Assembly (NCBI GenBank): GCA_951406725.2
Contig: OX597817.1
Location: 4,960,001-5,024,000 of the forward strand
Reading direction: 5' to 3'
Source of the DNA: Octopus vulgaris
Taxonomy: Eukaryota
Length of the DNA: 64,000 nucleotides
Shown: positions 39,996 through 52,345 of the stretch, one piece after another
Layout: each line of letters opens with the position of its first letter
Numbering within the stretch: position 1 is the stretch's first letter
Translations under genes and position numbers: made by a program
The notes under the pieces: model-generated
The model's database searches: none
What the model was told of the DNA's origin: nothing
Seen by the model: the letters and a program-made list of their open reading frames with translations, nothing else

Positions 39996-42482
39996 CGTAC
40001 AATACATAAATACATACATACATACATTATATATGCAAACATACATTATAGATGTAAGCCCTGAATGGAACTATCAAAATATGTAAAACTTTACAAAGTT
40101 TTAGCAGGTAACTACTCATGCACAAGTCTAGACATGCAGTAATAAGTATGAATATACATGAAACAAAACACATGGATTTTCACATGCACTGACTCCAAAT
40201 ATTTTCATACATACAAACAAGCGAACATATTTTCGTGTTGAGCCTTCGATTTACATATGTTTGGTACTAATTCTTTCTCGAGCAGCAGTAAATCTCGAAA
40301 TAAAACTTAACAACAAGCATATATGCACATATACTTTTACATACTCATAATATGTATGAGTGTCTTAACATATTTGTATGGCTTCTTAAGTGTTTATAGT
40401 TTCTTAATTATGACTATAAATCTTAAAATTTCCATAAAATATTCAGATCATACATGTGTTATTACATTATCAAATATTAAAAGCAATTGAGTATATCTCA
40501 CAGTGTATTGATATTCATTGTTCAAATCCAAATATACAAACCTGTTGTTCGGCCTCTGAAGGTGCTTAGACTGGCATTAATCATATATTAATGCTTTGCC
40601 GAAAATGTCGACTTAATCTTAAATACACTCCTACTTCCTAGATTAGTGTAGTTCTCTCTCTGTTACTCACTCTCTCTCTCTTCCTTTCTTCCTTTCTCTC
40701 TCACACACATTCTCTCTCTTTCTCTCAAGCTCGCTGGTTTGCTTGGTCTCTTTCTGCGGCATTGCACATGTTCTACATGTTCAGTAATTCTGAATAATTT
40801 ATATCTCTCGTCTCACTGCATTATACTACCATTGACTTTACGAATTGTATTCGATAAAAAATCTGCTGTGGACAAGACAAGTGTATTTAAGACAGTAGAG
40901 TTTGGTTCCAAGGAAAGGGTTTTCAGGCATTTCTAGCAAGTCGAGCGTTCAGACTCAGGCTCCTCCTTCGTAAGGAAAATGTACATACTATTCCATATAA
41001 CAGGTCATTGAGAGCATTTAACCAGATCTTTCGGGTTTCACTGTGATGTGGAAAGACCATAGCTCAATAGCTTAGAACATTGTTACGCAATAAAGATCTC
41101 TTGCGCTCGCGTATTTGATGATTCTGCTTGACATCCATTTTTCGTTGACTTTGTATTTACCGTGGAATATCTCAGTTACAATCTGGTTTATTAGTAATGA
41201 CAGATTATAAGTAACTAATTCTTCATCTGGTTGTCCTGTAACCTCTGGTTTTGACTCTACGAATCCCATATCACAGAGTAGTCATGGTTAAATCTACTAC
41301 TATTCTAACTATTGTTGATGCTGTTTTTGTAATTGTAATAGATATAGTTGGAACTACAAGTTTATCTACGGAAATATTCGACCAAACGAAGTATTTCTAT
41401 TTGTTTGCTAGAAAGGACAGCTCGTCTTATTTTATATGACATTGCACCTATTTTGGCAAATAATCCATAGATTGTAAAATACATTCATCATAATCCTTCT
41501 AACATCCTATTTTTTTGCAACGATAAATATATATTCGTCATTATATTTAAATTCACTCTGGTAAGATACTTAGCTTAGTGTTCTGCAGTGTCTGTACCAA
41601 ATAATAGCACTGATTTTTACAAAGACACAACAAAACCAGAAAAGTGATACGATGTAAAACCTTACAGGACACATGCTGATTATGGTAATGTCGCGGTTAT
41701 TGTTGGAACAAACACAAGACCACACAGTTTGCAAAAGTACCACCTCCATTCTCGCATTCATCCCTGACATCACAGCTACCGATGCAATTACTATAACCAA
41801 AACCATAACACACAATCCCTGTAGCTATGACAACCATCGTCATCGTTATCTCTGACATTACAATCTCTGTCAAAACTACAATAATAACAAGCAAGAATAT
41901 TACCACCACAACTACTATCATCGCCATTATCCACCAGCACTACCTCCATCACAACCTCCACCACCACCACCATCACCACCACCACCACGATCATTATCAC
42001 CACCGCTACCACTGCCATCACGTTCACCGCCGTCACCACCAGCAAAACCAGAAAGAACAACAACGAGAACAAAAATCAACACGACAGCAGCAACTATGAA
42101 CCGAAAAGCAAAATTAACAAAAGGAACATAAAAATTAGCAAAACACTGCCTCTCGCGATGCATTCTCGTCTTACCATCTGCGTGGGTGCTTCTACATCTC
42201 TTGGCAAACATTTCGTACGAGGAAATATTTGTGAAATGATTTAAATATTAAACACAATAACACAAACAAAACAGGAAAATTAAGAAGGAAGCATAAAAAA
42301 AAATGATAAACTAATTCTTCGATTTACTTTATTTCTAGCTGCTACAATGAAATTGCCATAATGCTGATTGTTCTATATCGATTCAAAACTGAAGTATATT
42401 AATAGTAATACTATTCTAACGCGTGTACAAGATATGTATAGCTTTGTATGTGTGTATATCAATATATATATAGATATATATA

Positions 42483-42877
42483 CTAGCAGTATCGCCCGGC
42501 GTTGCTCGGGTTTGTAAGGGAAATAATTATATAAGCATTTTTAGAGATGTAAAGTATAATAGCCATCTCAATATGGCTAACCACAAAGGGGGAGGGGTGT
42601 TACTGTAGCTTTTTATCTTCTGAGATTTAATAATAAATTTTAGAGAGTTACTTCCCTTATATATGTCAAAAATGGATTAAAAATGGGAAAAATTGATGGT
42701 AATTTTTTTTTTAAATCGTAGACTCATCGTAGACGCGCGCTAATACCCAGACGGGCTCGATATGAATCACGACTATAAGATACCCGGTTTTGGTTAAACT
42801 GCACCGCAAAATGTGGGAGTAGTTAGGAAACTAAATCGTAGGAGACAGACACACAACCTCACTTTTATATATAAAGA
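42483..42877 (-). mobile_element. Complete non-autonomous Helitron (type B)
   Basis: Minus strand a|TCtttatatataaaagtg...cccgagcaacgccggg hairpin-cgatactgCTAG|t; inserted between A and T without TSD. Confidence 0.9.
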
Positions 42878-42971
42878 TTTCCTCTATTTACATAATATTG
42901 AGGTCTCTTTCTTTCTTTTGTTATCTTACTGTTTTTACCAATATACATATATATATATAAATATATATATA

Positions 42972-43294
42972 GTTACAGAGATGTACTTGCATAGCAAGTG
43001 ACTTGATCTGAGATCGTGTGCTTAAACGAAAACAGTTGCAGCGTTGAAGGTGTTTATAAGCCATTTAAGAAACACACAAAAACCGTTAGATTCACTTCAA
43101 CATTTAAATTTAATTTGCCAAAATATTTTCGTCGCTTTGAGACCGCGACCTGTTAGCACGATATTTTTGTCAGTGAACAGGTCGCGGTCTCAAAGCGAGG
43201 AAAATATTTTGGCAAATTAAATTTAAATGTTGAAGTGAATCTAACGGTTTTTGTGTGTTTCTTAAATGGCTTACAAACACCTTCCACGCTGCAA
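42972..43294. mobile_element. Fold-back element in (TA)n with G3:C8 HHR-like motif
   Basis: Inverted arms 43036-43154 and 43176-43294 with a 21-nt spacer; TA tracts on both sides. Confidence 0.75.
43166..43216 (+). ncRNA. Putative minimal type I hammerhead ribozyme, G3:C8 core variant
   Basis: Stem I TTTGTCA/TGGCAAA; core GTGAACA(G); stem II GTCGC/GCGAC (intact in the left arm, GCGAG in the right); GAA; palindromic stem III AATATT; predicted cleavage after T43209. Confidence 0.6.
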
Positions 43295-43374
43295 TATATA
43301 TATACACACATATATATATGTATGTATGTATGTGTGTATATGTGTATGCATGTATGTGTGTGTGTGTGCGTGTC

Positions 43375-43590
43375 TGTGCTTGTGATTGTCCTCCACCACT
43401 GCTTGACAACGAATGTTGGTTTGTTTACATCCCTGTCACCTAGTGGTTTGACAAAGGAAACAGATAGAATAAGTACAATGCTTAAAAAAATAAAACTGGA
43501 GTTGATTCATTAAACTACAATTCTTCAAGGCATTGCCCCAGCATGGCCACAGACCAATGGCTGGAAAAAGCAGAAGAATAAAAGAATACA
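43375..43590 (+). mobile_element. 3' half of the 17197-type SINE, diverged
   Basis: ctgcttgacaac...gatagaataagtac...ccagcatggccacag...aagaataaaagaata. Confidence 0.7.
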
Positions 43591-43653
43591 TTCTCTGCTT
43601 TGGTCTTATGTTCAAGGCATGAGAAAGCTTGAGTTTACATGAGAAGGCCTAAC

Positions 43654-43905
43654 AGACCTGGTAGAAACAGCAGCCAAATCTCCCTCAAATCACACCTTAC
43701 TGTCTTATGTATGTATATATATATGAGCCAATGAGGGGGACCTCTACATGGTAGCTAGACCTGGTAGAAATAGCAGCCAAATTTCCCCCAAATCACACCT
43801 TACTGTCTTATCTATGTATATATGTATGTATGAGCCTATGAGGGAGACCCCTACATGGCAGAAATAGCAACCAAATCTCCCTCAAATCACACCTTACTGT
43901 CTTAT
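43654..43905 (+). repeat. Three tandem ~100-bp units sharing agaaa.agca.ccaaat.tccc.caaatcacaccttactgtctta
   Basis: The core occurs three times, separated by TA/TG microsatellite. Confidence 0.85.
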
Positions 43906-43949
43906 GCATGTATATATATATATATACAAGCCACTACGGTTATTTAATG

Positions 43950-44402
43950 TAAAGTCTTCCTCAAATCACTCTCTTGCTATTTACTCTCTTCCAAGAATAT
44001 TTTCACTCACTCTTATCTCTTAGCTTGCCATACATTTTACTCGTGTATCTATCAGCGTCATAGACAGAAACAAATATTACATCGCCATCGCCATCGCATT
44101 CTATTGTCTACCTGTCAACACACACACAGTGAATTAGTTTCAGTTTATTCGTTGCACACTGTGTGTGTGCGTGTGAGTGTGGTGTAAACCACATTAAGAA
44201 AAGCATTTGACATACACACCAGAATGTGAGTTTTCTGTAAATTTTGCTTAATTGGAGTTTAAATTTTAAAAACTGGACCTGGCATGACTCGATGCATTCT
44301 TCTCTTAAAAATGCTAGGTAAATTGTAATTGAAGAAATCCTATATTGTAGATTTCTATAACTGACAAAGGGAGGCAGATAAAATCTGCCTTTTATAATAA
44401 GA
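43950..44402 (-). mobile_element. Helitron-like 5' segment (type A), fused directly to the CTAG end of the neighbour
   Basis: Minus strand starts TCttattataaaaggcagattttatctgcctccc; homologous to 45800-46198 and 46224-46621. Confidence 0.75.
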
Positions 44403-45038
44403 CTAGCAGTATCGCCCGGCGTTGCTCGGGTTTGTAAGGGAAATAACTATATAAGCATTTTTAGAGAGTTATAGCCAAAGAATAGCAAAAAATGCATTAA
44501 AAATGGAAAAAATATGATGGTAAATTTTTTTTAAATCGTTGACTCATCGTAGACATTTTTAGAGAGTTACTTCCCTTATATAATAGCGAAAAAATGCATT
44601 AAAATGGAAAAAAAACGATGGTAAATTTTTTTTCAAATCGTAGACTCATGTAGACGCTTTCTTAGCCATTTCTGTTTTGGTGTCTTCAAGCCATGAAGTC
44701 GTTGTTCTAAAAGAACACTGGTCTCCTTGACAACGCATTACGACGTTGATTTCCTTACACTCCCTTCCCCACAGGTGCAGGTGTGAGCGTGGACGCCAAC
44801 TCCGCCGCCATCGACACACGAATAATTATGCATTAAAATGGAATAAAAAATTATGTTAAATTATTTTTAAAATCGTAGACTCATCGTAGACGCGCGCTAA
44901 TATTCAGACGGGCTCGATATGAATCACGACTATAAGCTACCCGAATTTGGTTAAACTGTACCGCAAAATGTGGGAGTAGTTAGGAATCTAAATCGAAGGG
45001 GACAGACACTCATACAACTACAGTTTTATATATATAGA
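44403..45038 (-). mobile_element. Complete non-autonomous Helitron (type B, longer variant with internal repeats)
   Basis: a|TCtatatatataaaactg 5' end at 45038; same hairpin and CTAG 3' end at 44403. Confidence 0.9.
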
Positions 45039-45099
45039 TATACATAGCGCAGTAGTGGTGAGATATGACAGCAAAGAAAAGCATACATTTACTCTCTGC

Positions 45100-45415
45100 A
45101 TGCAATTAGACTCGGAAAGTTCGTGAGGAACCCATTGACCCAATTTGCTGACTTTTCCGATAGCACACAGGTGTCAATGAATGGTTGAATGACCAAATCC
45201 AAGCTTCTCTGCTAGTTCCTCAACAGTTACGATGATATTTTGTTCCACCAGGGTTTTCAGGATGTCCTTGTCGAGTTCTACAGATCTTTCAGGATGAGGC
45301 TCGTCTTCTAGGCTGTAGTTTATGGCTCGGGATTTCTGGAACCACCATTGACACTGCCTTACGCTTATTGTCCAATCCCCATATACTGCATTAATATTTC
45401 TTGTACTTTGCACAC
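45100..45415 (-). pseudogene. mariner transposase N-terminal HTH fragment
   Basis: STRNINAVYGDWTISVRQCQWWFQKSR..NYSLEDEPHPERSVELD..LKTLVEQN...TVEELAEKLGFGHSTI matches Mos1/SETMAR-type HTH domains. Confidence 0.88.
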
Positions 45416-45799
45416 ATTTATATTCTGTTATTCTTTTATATGTTTCAGCCTTGAGGTTGTGGCCATGCTGGATCATGTGTGTGTGTGTGTGTGTGTGTCT
45501 ATCTGTCTGTCTGTCTGTATGTATATATGTATATGTATGTGTGTGAACAATAATATTTTCAACAGATGTGTTGCAAATGTATCTGATTGTTCTCAAGCTT
45601 CAATACTGTGTGTGTGTGTATGTATGTATGTATATGTATGTATGTATGTATATGTATGTATGTATGTATGTGTGTATGTATGTATGTGTGTGTGTGTATG
45701 TATGTGTGTGTATGTGTGTGTATGTATGTATGTACGTATGTATGTATGTATGTATGTATGTATGTATGTATGAGTGTGTGTATGTTTACTTTATTACTA

Positions 45800-46621
45800 A
45801 TTACTCTCTTCCAAGAACATTTTCACTCACTCTTAGCTCTTAGCTTCCCATACATTTTACTCATGTATCTATCAGCGTCATAGACAGAATACTTTCACTT
45901 TAGTCTTCCTCAAATCACTCTGTCGCTATTTACTTTCATTTTATTCGTTGCCCACTGTGTGTGTGCGTTTGCGTGTGGTGTAAACCAGACTAAGAAAAGC
46001 ATTTGACACACACACCAGAATGTGAGTTTTCTGTAAATTTTGCTTAATTGGAGTTTAAATTTTAAAAAGTGGACCTGGCATGACGCGATGCATTGTACTC
46101 TGAAAAATGCTAGGTAAATTGTAATTGAAGAAATCCTATATTGTAGATTTGTATAACTCCCAAAGGGAGGCAGATAAAATCTGCCTTTTATAATAAGATT
46201 ATAATAAGAGATATATATATATCTCTTATTATAAAAGGCAGATTTTATCTGCCTCCCTTTGGGAGTTATACAAATCTACAATATAGGATTTCTTCAATTA
46301 CAATTTACCTAGCATTTTTGAGAGTACAATGCATCGCGTCATGCCAGGTCCAGTTTTTAAAATTTAAACTCCAATTAAGCAAAATTTACAGAAAACTCAC
46401 ATTCTGGTGTGTGTGTCAAATGCTTTTCTCAGTCTGGTTTACACCACACGCAAACGCACACACACAGTGGGCAACGAATAAAATGAAAGTAAATGTAATA
46501 TTTGTTTCTGTCTATCACGCTGATAGATACATGAGTAAAATGTATGGGAAGCTAACAGATAACAGTGAGTGAAAATGTTCTTGGAAGAGAGTAAATTAGC
46601 GACAGTGATTTGAGGAAGACT
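45800..46621. mobile_element. Two type-A Helitron-like 5' segments head-to-head (45800-46198 minus, 46224-46621 plus) forming a long inverted repeat
   Basis: Both begin TCttattataaaaggcag and point away from a central (AT)n at 46211-46221. Confidence 0.8.
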
Positions 46622-46999
46622 AAACTGAAACTATGAAACAGTGTTTATGTATAAACAGACGACACTTATATAAACCCTTTCGTTACCAAACCGCCCGAAT
46701 TTACCTATTCATATTTAAATGAGAATATCAGAGTAAATCTCTTTAGTACATTCGTGAAAACACGTATTATACTTCGTAAACACTTCAAATACAGTTTTGT
46801 ACAAAAATCGAAGTGTAATTTTAATTCCGTGAATTATGGGAGATTTTTTTCCGAAATTTGTTCCTATTGTGTTTTCAAAATTTGTAATTCTGACAAAAAA
46901 TGGATATGAATTTCATTATATCAAGCAGCGAGTCAGAATTCGAAGGATTTTCTACTGAAGACCTTCATAAATCTAACTCTATGACTGAAAAAAAAAGCA

Positions 47000-47391
47000 T
47001 CTTTATATAAGAGTGAAATTGTGTGTCTGTCCCCTTCGATTTACATTCGTAATTACTCCCACATTTTGCGGTGCAGTTTAACCAAAAGCGGGTATCTTAT
47101 AGTCGTGATTCATATCGAGCCCTTCTGGGTATTAGCGCGCGTCTACGATGAGTCTACGATTTAAAAAAAATTTACCATCATATTTTCCATTTTAATGCAT
47201 TTTTTTCGCTTTTATATAAGGGAAGTAACTCTCTAAAAATATCTACGATGTGTCAACGATTTAAAAAAAAATTACCTTAATTTTTTTTCAATTTTTAATG
47301 CATTTTTTTGCTATTTTTTGGCTATAACTCTCTAAAAATGCTTATATAGTTATTTCCCTTACAACCCGAGCAACGCCGGGCGATACTGCTA

Positions 47392-47392
<1 letters not shown>
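47000..47392 (+). mobile_element. Complete non-autonomous Helitron (type B)
   Basis: a|TCtttatataagagtg... hairpin cccgagcaacgccggg (47365-47380) ...ctgCTAG|t. Confidence 0.9.
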
Positions 47393-47431
<39 letters not shown>

Positions 47432-48272
47432 ACATATATATATGTATGTATGTGTGTGTATGTGTGTGTATACCCACCTATATATATATATAATATATTT
47501 ATATATATATATATGTGTCCATATACATATACACATTTATATAAATATATATATATATACAAATAAATGTATGTATATGCATATATATATATATATGTAT
47601 GTATGTCTATGTATATATATGGGTACACATGTGCAAAAGCTGCTTATTATAATCACCTATTATGACATCAGAAAGTATACTCTCCAAAGTAATGACAATA
47701 AGGCGGTACTGGGTATACTTCATAAGGATATGTATATGTGTGTGTGTGTATGTGTGTGTGCGTACGCGCGCGGATGTACGAAAGTGTGATGTACATTTGT
47801 CTACTGAAGTGCGGAGGATCATAAATGGAAGAAAACTTATAGTAATATTGCACGGCAACACAGGAAATGAAAAAGTAACACCATATTCCAGTGCCTTAGA
47901 AGTGAGATTCAGACGTCGTTAGTTGTTTTAACGTGGGTCGGTGTTTTGTATTTCGAGTCAGAAAAGAGCTCAAGGCATCTCACTGAGTATCATCAATGAC
48001 TAATAGGAATAAATTCATAAAGGTCGGTCGTTATGAAGACAGACGATGTCATCCAGCATTTCAAGAACATCGACAGTAAATACTCCAGCGTGTCGATGAT
48101 GACCATCGGTGAGTGTATCTAATATTCTCAGCCCACGTTCAGACTTGTTATCCACGTGTATATCAGATATAAAAGGCAAAACGTACGGAGGCATTTATAA
48201 CTATAATCCAACGAAGTACAGCCATGTCTTTATGGTGTCGTCATTTGTTATTCTATCTTCTGCTTGTCTGGT

Positions 48273-48385
48273 GATGGAAGAATGGTGACGTGTGCAGATG
48301 GAAGAGTGGTGACGTGTGCAGATGGAAGAGTAGTGACGTGTGCAGATGGAAGAGTAGTGACGTTTGCAGATGGAAGAGTGGTGAC
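48273..48385 (+). repeat. 24-bp minisatellite gatggaagagtRgtgacgtgtgca, ~4.7 copies
   Basis: Directly visible tandem units. Confidence 0.95.
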
Positions 48386-48589
48386 TGTTGGAAGTGTGCA
48401 ATAACTTTCATTTGTTATCTATGCTACAAACCATGCAGATCTTCATCTGAATAATGACACATCTAAGAGGTCATGGAAGAAAAATCAAAGAGGCCATTCA
48501 CAACACTGAAGCACAAAAAGACTTAATCATCTGTGAAGTTGAAGCAATCACCAAGTACGCATGTATGTATATATGTATGTGTTATTGAT

Positions 48590-48627
<38 letters not shown>

Positions 48628-48659
48628 ACAGACAGACGGACAGACTGATATAGAGAAAT

Positions 48660-48707
<48 letters not shown>

Positions 48708-49509
48708 TAGCTAGCTAGCTAGCTAGAGAGATAGATAGATAAATAGAGAGAGAGAGAGAGAGAAACAGAGATACAACCTCCCACTTTAACATCTACATTC
48801 ATGCATATAAATACACATACACATAAGTAGGTATAAATAGGTATCTATACTAATCAATATATGTTATACACTTAACTTACCCATTCGAATTCGATGATGT
48901 ACTCCGTAGTGACGCATAATTTCTGGGCACATCCAATCTCTCACTCAGGAAATTATATTACCGAATTAAGACGGAGTAGCATCACTTACAATAATTTTCA
49001 TCTCACCACTTCGGAATAAGTATTTCATTATTTCTTTAATTACAGTATAATTTTGCGAAAACAATTTGTTCTGCGGCTTAAAATTCTTCCATGCCTGTAT
49101 AATCAATGTTAATGTTGATACAGACAACTCTAATTATATTGTGTAAAGGGAAAAACACTGTTCCTTGTGTTGATTTCTGTAATGGAGTTTGTGTCAAAGA
49201 ATTCTATATTCCTGGCATTAGGATCTGCTTCATTCAGCAAAATGATATAGGTTATAAATACATCGGCAGTATAATATACAGTCTCTTTTAACCTTGATAA
49301 ATTTGTGTGTAGCTCAGAGATTACTTAGTTGTAACCTCCATTGGAAATCAGTTCCTTTATTTAATTCATCTGAATTAAACTGAAATTCCAGCGCTGTTTC
49401 TTTTCTCCTTCCAATAGTTTGGCTAGATTCAGGCACAGAGAAAAATTCAAATATATTCTAATATGTATTTTGTTGACAGAATCACTTCTAGGGATATATT
49501 GCTGAGGCT

Positions 49510-50055
49510 TACGCAAAGTTTCAAACACTTTTCGTCTTTATCGACACAATCAAGAAGATCTCGTTCAACTGAAAGTCGAGTGTCATTTTGGTCAGCTGAA
49601 AGCAGTTTGGGCACAAAATTTCAGACACAAGTCTCATACCCAAAACTTCAGTGATAATTGACTGAACTGAATCGTACCTAATCTGCCCTTCCTCCCATAA
49701 CTTACGGATTGTGATTCGACTATTACCTCACAGGGCTGCACGTACAGTTCTGATGGTTGTAGGTCTTCCAGAATGTTCGTCAATATCGAGTTTTTCGGCC
49801 ATGTTTGAAGTGCGGCTCATGCACTCCTCTCCATGCATTTTCTGCAACTCTGCGTTGCTTTCTGAGCAACTTTCTCTGTCATGATCAATGCGATGATCAC
49901 TAGGCACAACTGTAAACAGCAGAAATGATCTAAAACGTTAAACCTTAGTGTGCATGCACACCATAATCCAAGGTCAATCCGTAACAAGCAGCTGTACCCT
50001 TCGTACTTTAATTTCGTTACTATGGCAACAGTCCGGGTACATATTGATCATTCTT

Positions 50056-50059
<4 letters not shown>
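49510..50059 (-). mobile_element. mariner remnant of the same family as 18175-18899 (left TIR plus N-terminal coding)
   Basis: TIR gttgccatagtaacgaa is shared. Minus translation SVQSIITEVLGMRLVS/FVPKLLSADQ (cf. WVPH.L motif). Confidence 0.75.
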
Positions 50060-50106
<47 letters not shown>

Positions 50107-50324
50107 AGAGCGACTACAAGTTAGCGTTGAGCCCCCTCGCTTACAGTATATTTAGGACAAAGATAAAGTGTCGATAAGCCACACGGAAAGGATGTTTTTG
50201 TGTGGTTAAAAATAGTAACATTGTCCTGGTCAGGGCTGCCACATTATGTTTACAAATAAATTTTGCTATCCAGCACTGTTACTACATAATTCTCAATAAG
50301 AGATCTAAAATTAGATGTTTTTCT

Positions 50325-50380
<56 letters not shown>

Positions 50381-50382
<2 letters not shown>

Positions 50383-50589
50383 CGGGAAGCTTTATGAAAA
50401 TAAACAAAAGACGAAGGCAGGTGGAAAACAAACGAACAATTGTATTAGTATGGCGCTCAGGAAATATAAATAAAACAAGTCTTTAACGTTTCGAGCCTAC
50501 GCTCTTCAACAGAAAGATACACAGAGAGAGAAAAACACAGAAAGAAGGAGAGAAAAAAAATGCGTGCAGTAGCTAACGAATCAACATGA
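50381..50589 (-). mobile_element. (TA)n-inserted HHR-motif element, independent copy of the 12843 family
   Basis: Same boundary (TA)n|acgggaagctttatg. The minus strand reads TTGAAGA-gcgtaggctc-GAAACGTTA. Confidence 0.75.
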
Positions 50590-50761
50590 TATATATATAT
50601 ATATAATATGGAACAGTCAGTAAGTTGTCATAATAGAACTCAGAGTTTCAAATCCCGGAGCTAAGCGCTTCGAAGCAATTTCATCGGCTGTTTTGACGAT
50701 AGACGCTGTGAAAAAACCGGTTTTCTCATATATATATATGAAACTATATATATATATATAT

Positions 50762-51201
50762 TTTCTCTCTCTAGTTTCAGCTCAGAGCTGCGGCCATGCT
50801 GATGCACCGCCGTTTTGCTACACTGTTATTACTAAGATCCTCCTCTAATATCTGACACTTGGTGAAGAATGGAGTTTGATATAGCTACCCTCATTGGCAC
50901 CTCTTGCCGTAAGGTAGGTTTATCTGGGACTCTCGACAGAAAGAGATCCAGCTTCGATTTTAAAAAAAACTTACATCTACCTTGTGCAAGTTTCTCAGAA
51001 TCTTTGGGAGAATATTAAAAAGCTGTGGGCCCTTGAAACCCAGGCTGTTGCAGTAACTGGTCCTGAAGCGTGATGGCATTGCTGGGATCTTTGGCACCTT
51101 GCAGTGTCGTCCCGTTCTGGCAGTGGTGTAGCTTTCAATGCCAAAATTTGACACAATTCCTTCCAGGATCTTCCAGATAGATATTACCGCATACCTCTCC
51201 C

Positions 51202-51205
<4 letters not shown>
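50762..51205 (-). mobile_element. 3' end of a CR1-group LINE (5'-truncated)
   Basis: RRERYAVISIWKILEGIV...NSLGFKGPQLFNILPKILRNL is a typical post-RT C-terminus, followed by a short 3' tail. Confidence 0.8.
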
Positions 51206-51241
<36 letters not shown>

Positions 51242-51770
51242 AGTTCTAATATATATTCATGATCAAGCAGTCATATTGACGTGGTGCGTATTTTCACTTT
51301 CAGGGTGCTATATATTTTCTACTAATGTATATTGAAGGTAACTTTACCTTTCGTATTTCTACTTATATTAAGGAAAGTATTTATTGTTAAAAATAGTTTT
51401 GTCTTAACCATTAAATCTAACATATCAAAAGGCTTAACGATACTTGCAGAAACATTCTAGTAGAACAACTCTAACGCAACGACTGTCACTGAACAGAATC
51501 TGCCTCATGCAGTTTTGCACTCTTTTTAACACTAATGGAGACATCATTTTTAAGCAGATTTACTCCAGTAATTCTCGCTAACATCATAACCTGATGACAA
51601 AAGAAGAATGTCTGCTAGAAATGTTAACCAAATCCACCCTTAAATAAACAACCTTGAATCGAAAAAAGCTGTCCTGTGCCTCACACTCTGAATATATGGC
51701 ATGTTTGCTTTTCCCCAGCAACCTTATAATATTAGCGCCCATGCTCTTTGTGAAGGATCTATCGTCAGTA

Positions 51771-51994
51771 CGGGGGGGTGGGCAGCTGAAAGTTCCTGAC
51801 TTAAGGGTATCACGAAAGGGCTAGTTGGGCACCCAAACATCTGAATTCTTTTCCATGGCTTATCAAAATTGACGGATCATTGCCATAAGTTCGTGAATCT
51901 GAGAAGTCGATATGCTTAATAAAACCATAATAAATTTATCCTACTGTATTTTATTTTACCTAAAGCCAAGAACATTTCAGCTCCCCCCACCTCG
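51771..51994. mobile_element. mariner-derived MITE
   Basis: ta|cggggg..gcagctgaaagttcctgactta ... taaagccaagaacatttcagctccccccacctcg|ta: imperfect TIRs with TA flanks. Confidence 0.7.
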
Positions 51995-52148
51995 TAGTAG
52001 TGTATTTTTTTGCATATCATACATAAGGCTGCATACAAATTTAAAAAATTAATAAAATGTACGTGTGTGTGTGCACACGTATATATATATATATATACAC
52101 ATACACACACACATATGTGTACGTGTGATATACATATTCATGTATATA

Positions 52149-52151
52149 TTA

Positions 52152-52227
<76 letters not shown>

Positions 52228-52249
52228 CATCATCATCATCATCATTATT

Positions 52250-52299
<50 letters not shown>

Positions 52300-52345
52300 T
52301 ATTATTATTATTATTATCATAATTATTATTATTATTATTATTATA
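52149..52345. repeat. (ATT)n/(ATC)n compound trinucleotide microsatellite
   Basis: Directly visible; gives spurious poly-I/M ORFs. Confidence 0.98.

Noticed and set aside
40760-41300. Possible L1/Tx1 RT C-terminal remnant on minus strand
   Set aside because: Only vague resemblance; no diagnostic motif recoverable by eye.
41827-42099. His/Gln-rich ORF (also 57668-58126 Ser/Pro-rich and 34970-35277)
   Set aside because: Degenerate (CAC/CAT/CAA)n low-complexity DNA with no domain or splice evidence.
48273-48385. CRISPR-like or coding repeat
   Set aside because: Units are contiguous with no unique spacers and the context is eukaryotic; it is a simple minisatellite.
48880-49480. Possible Crypton/tyrosine-recombinase remnant on minus strand
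   Set aside because: Catalytic R-H-R-H-Y residues could not be placed; too decayed.
50629-50730. TA-flanked 100-bp insert with TTGACGA...GAAAAAACCGGTT
   Set aside because: HHR-like, but spacing and stems are not convincing from one copy; not counted among the supported motifs.
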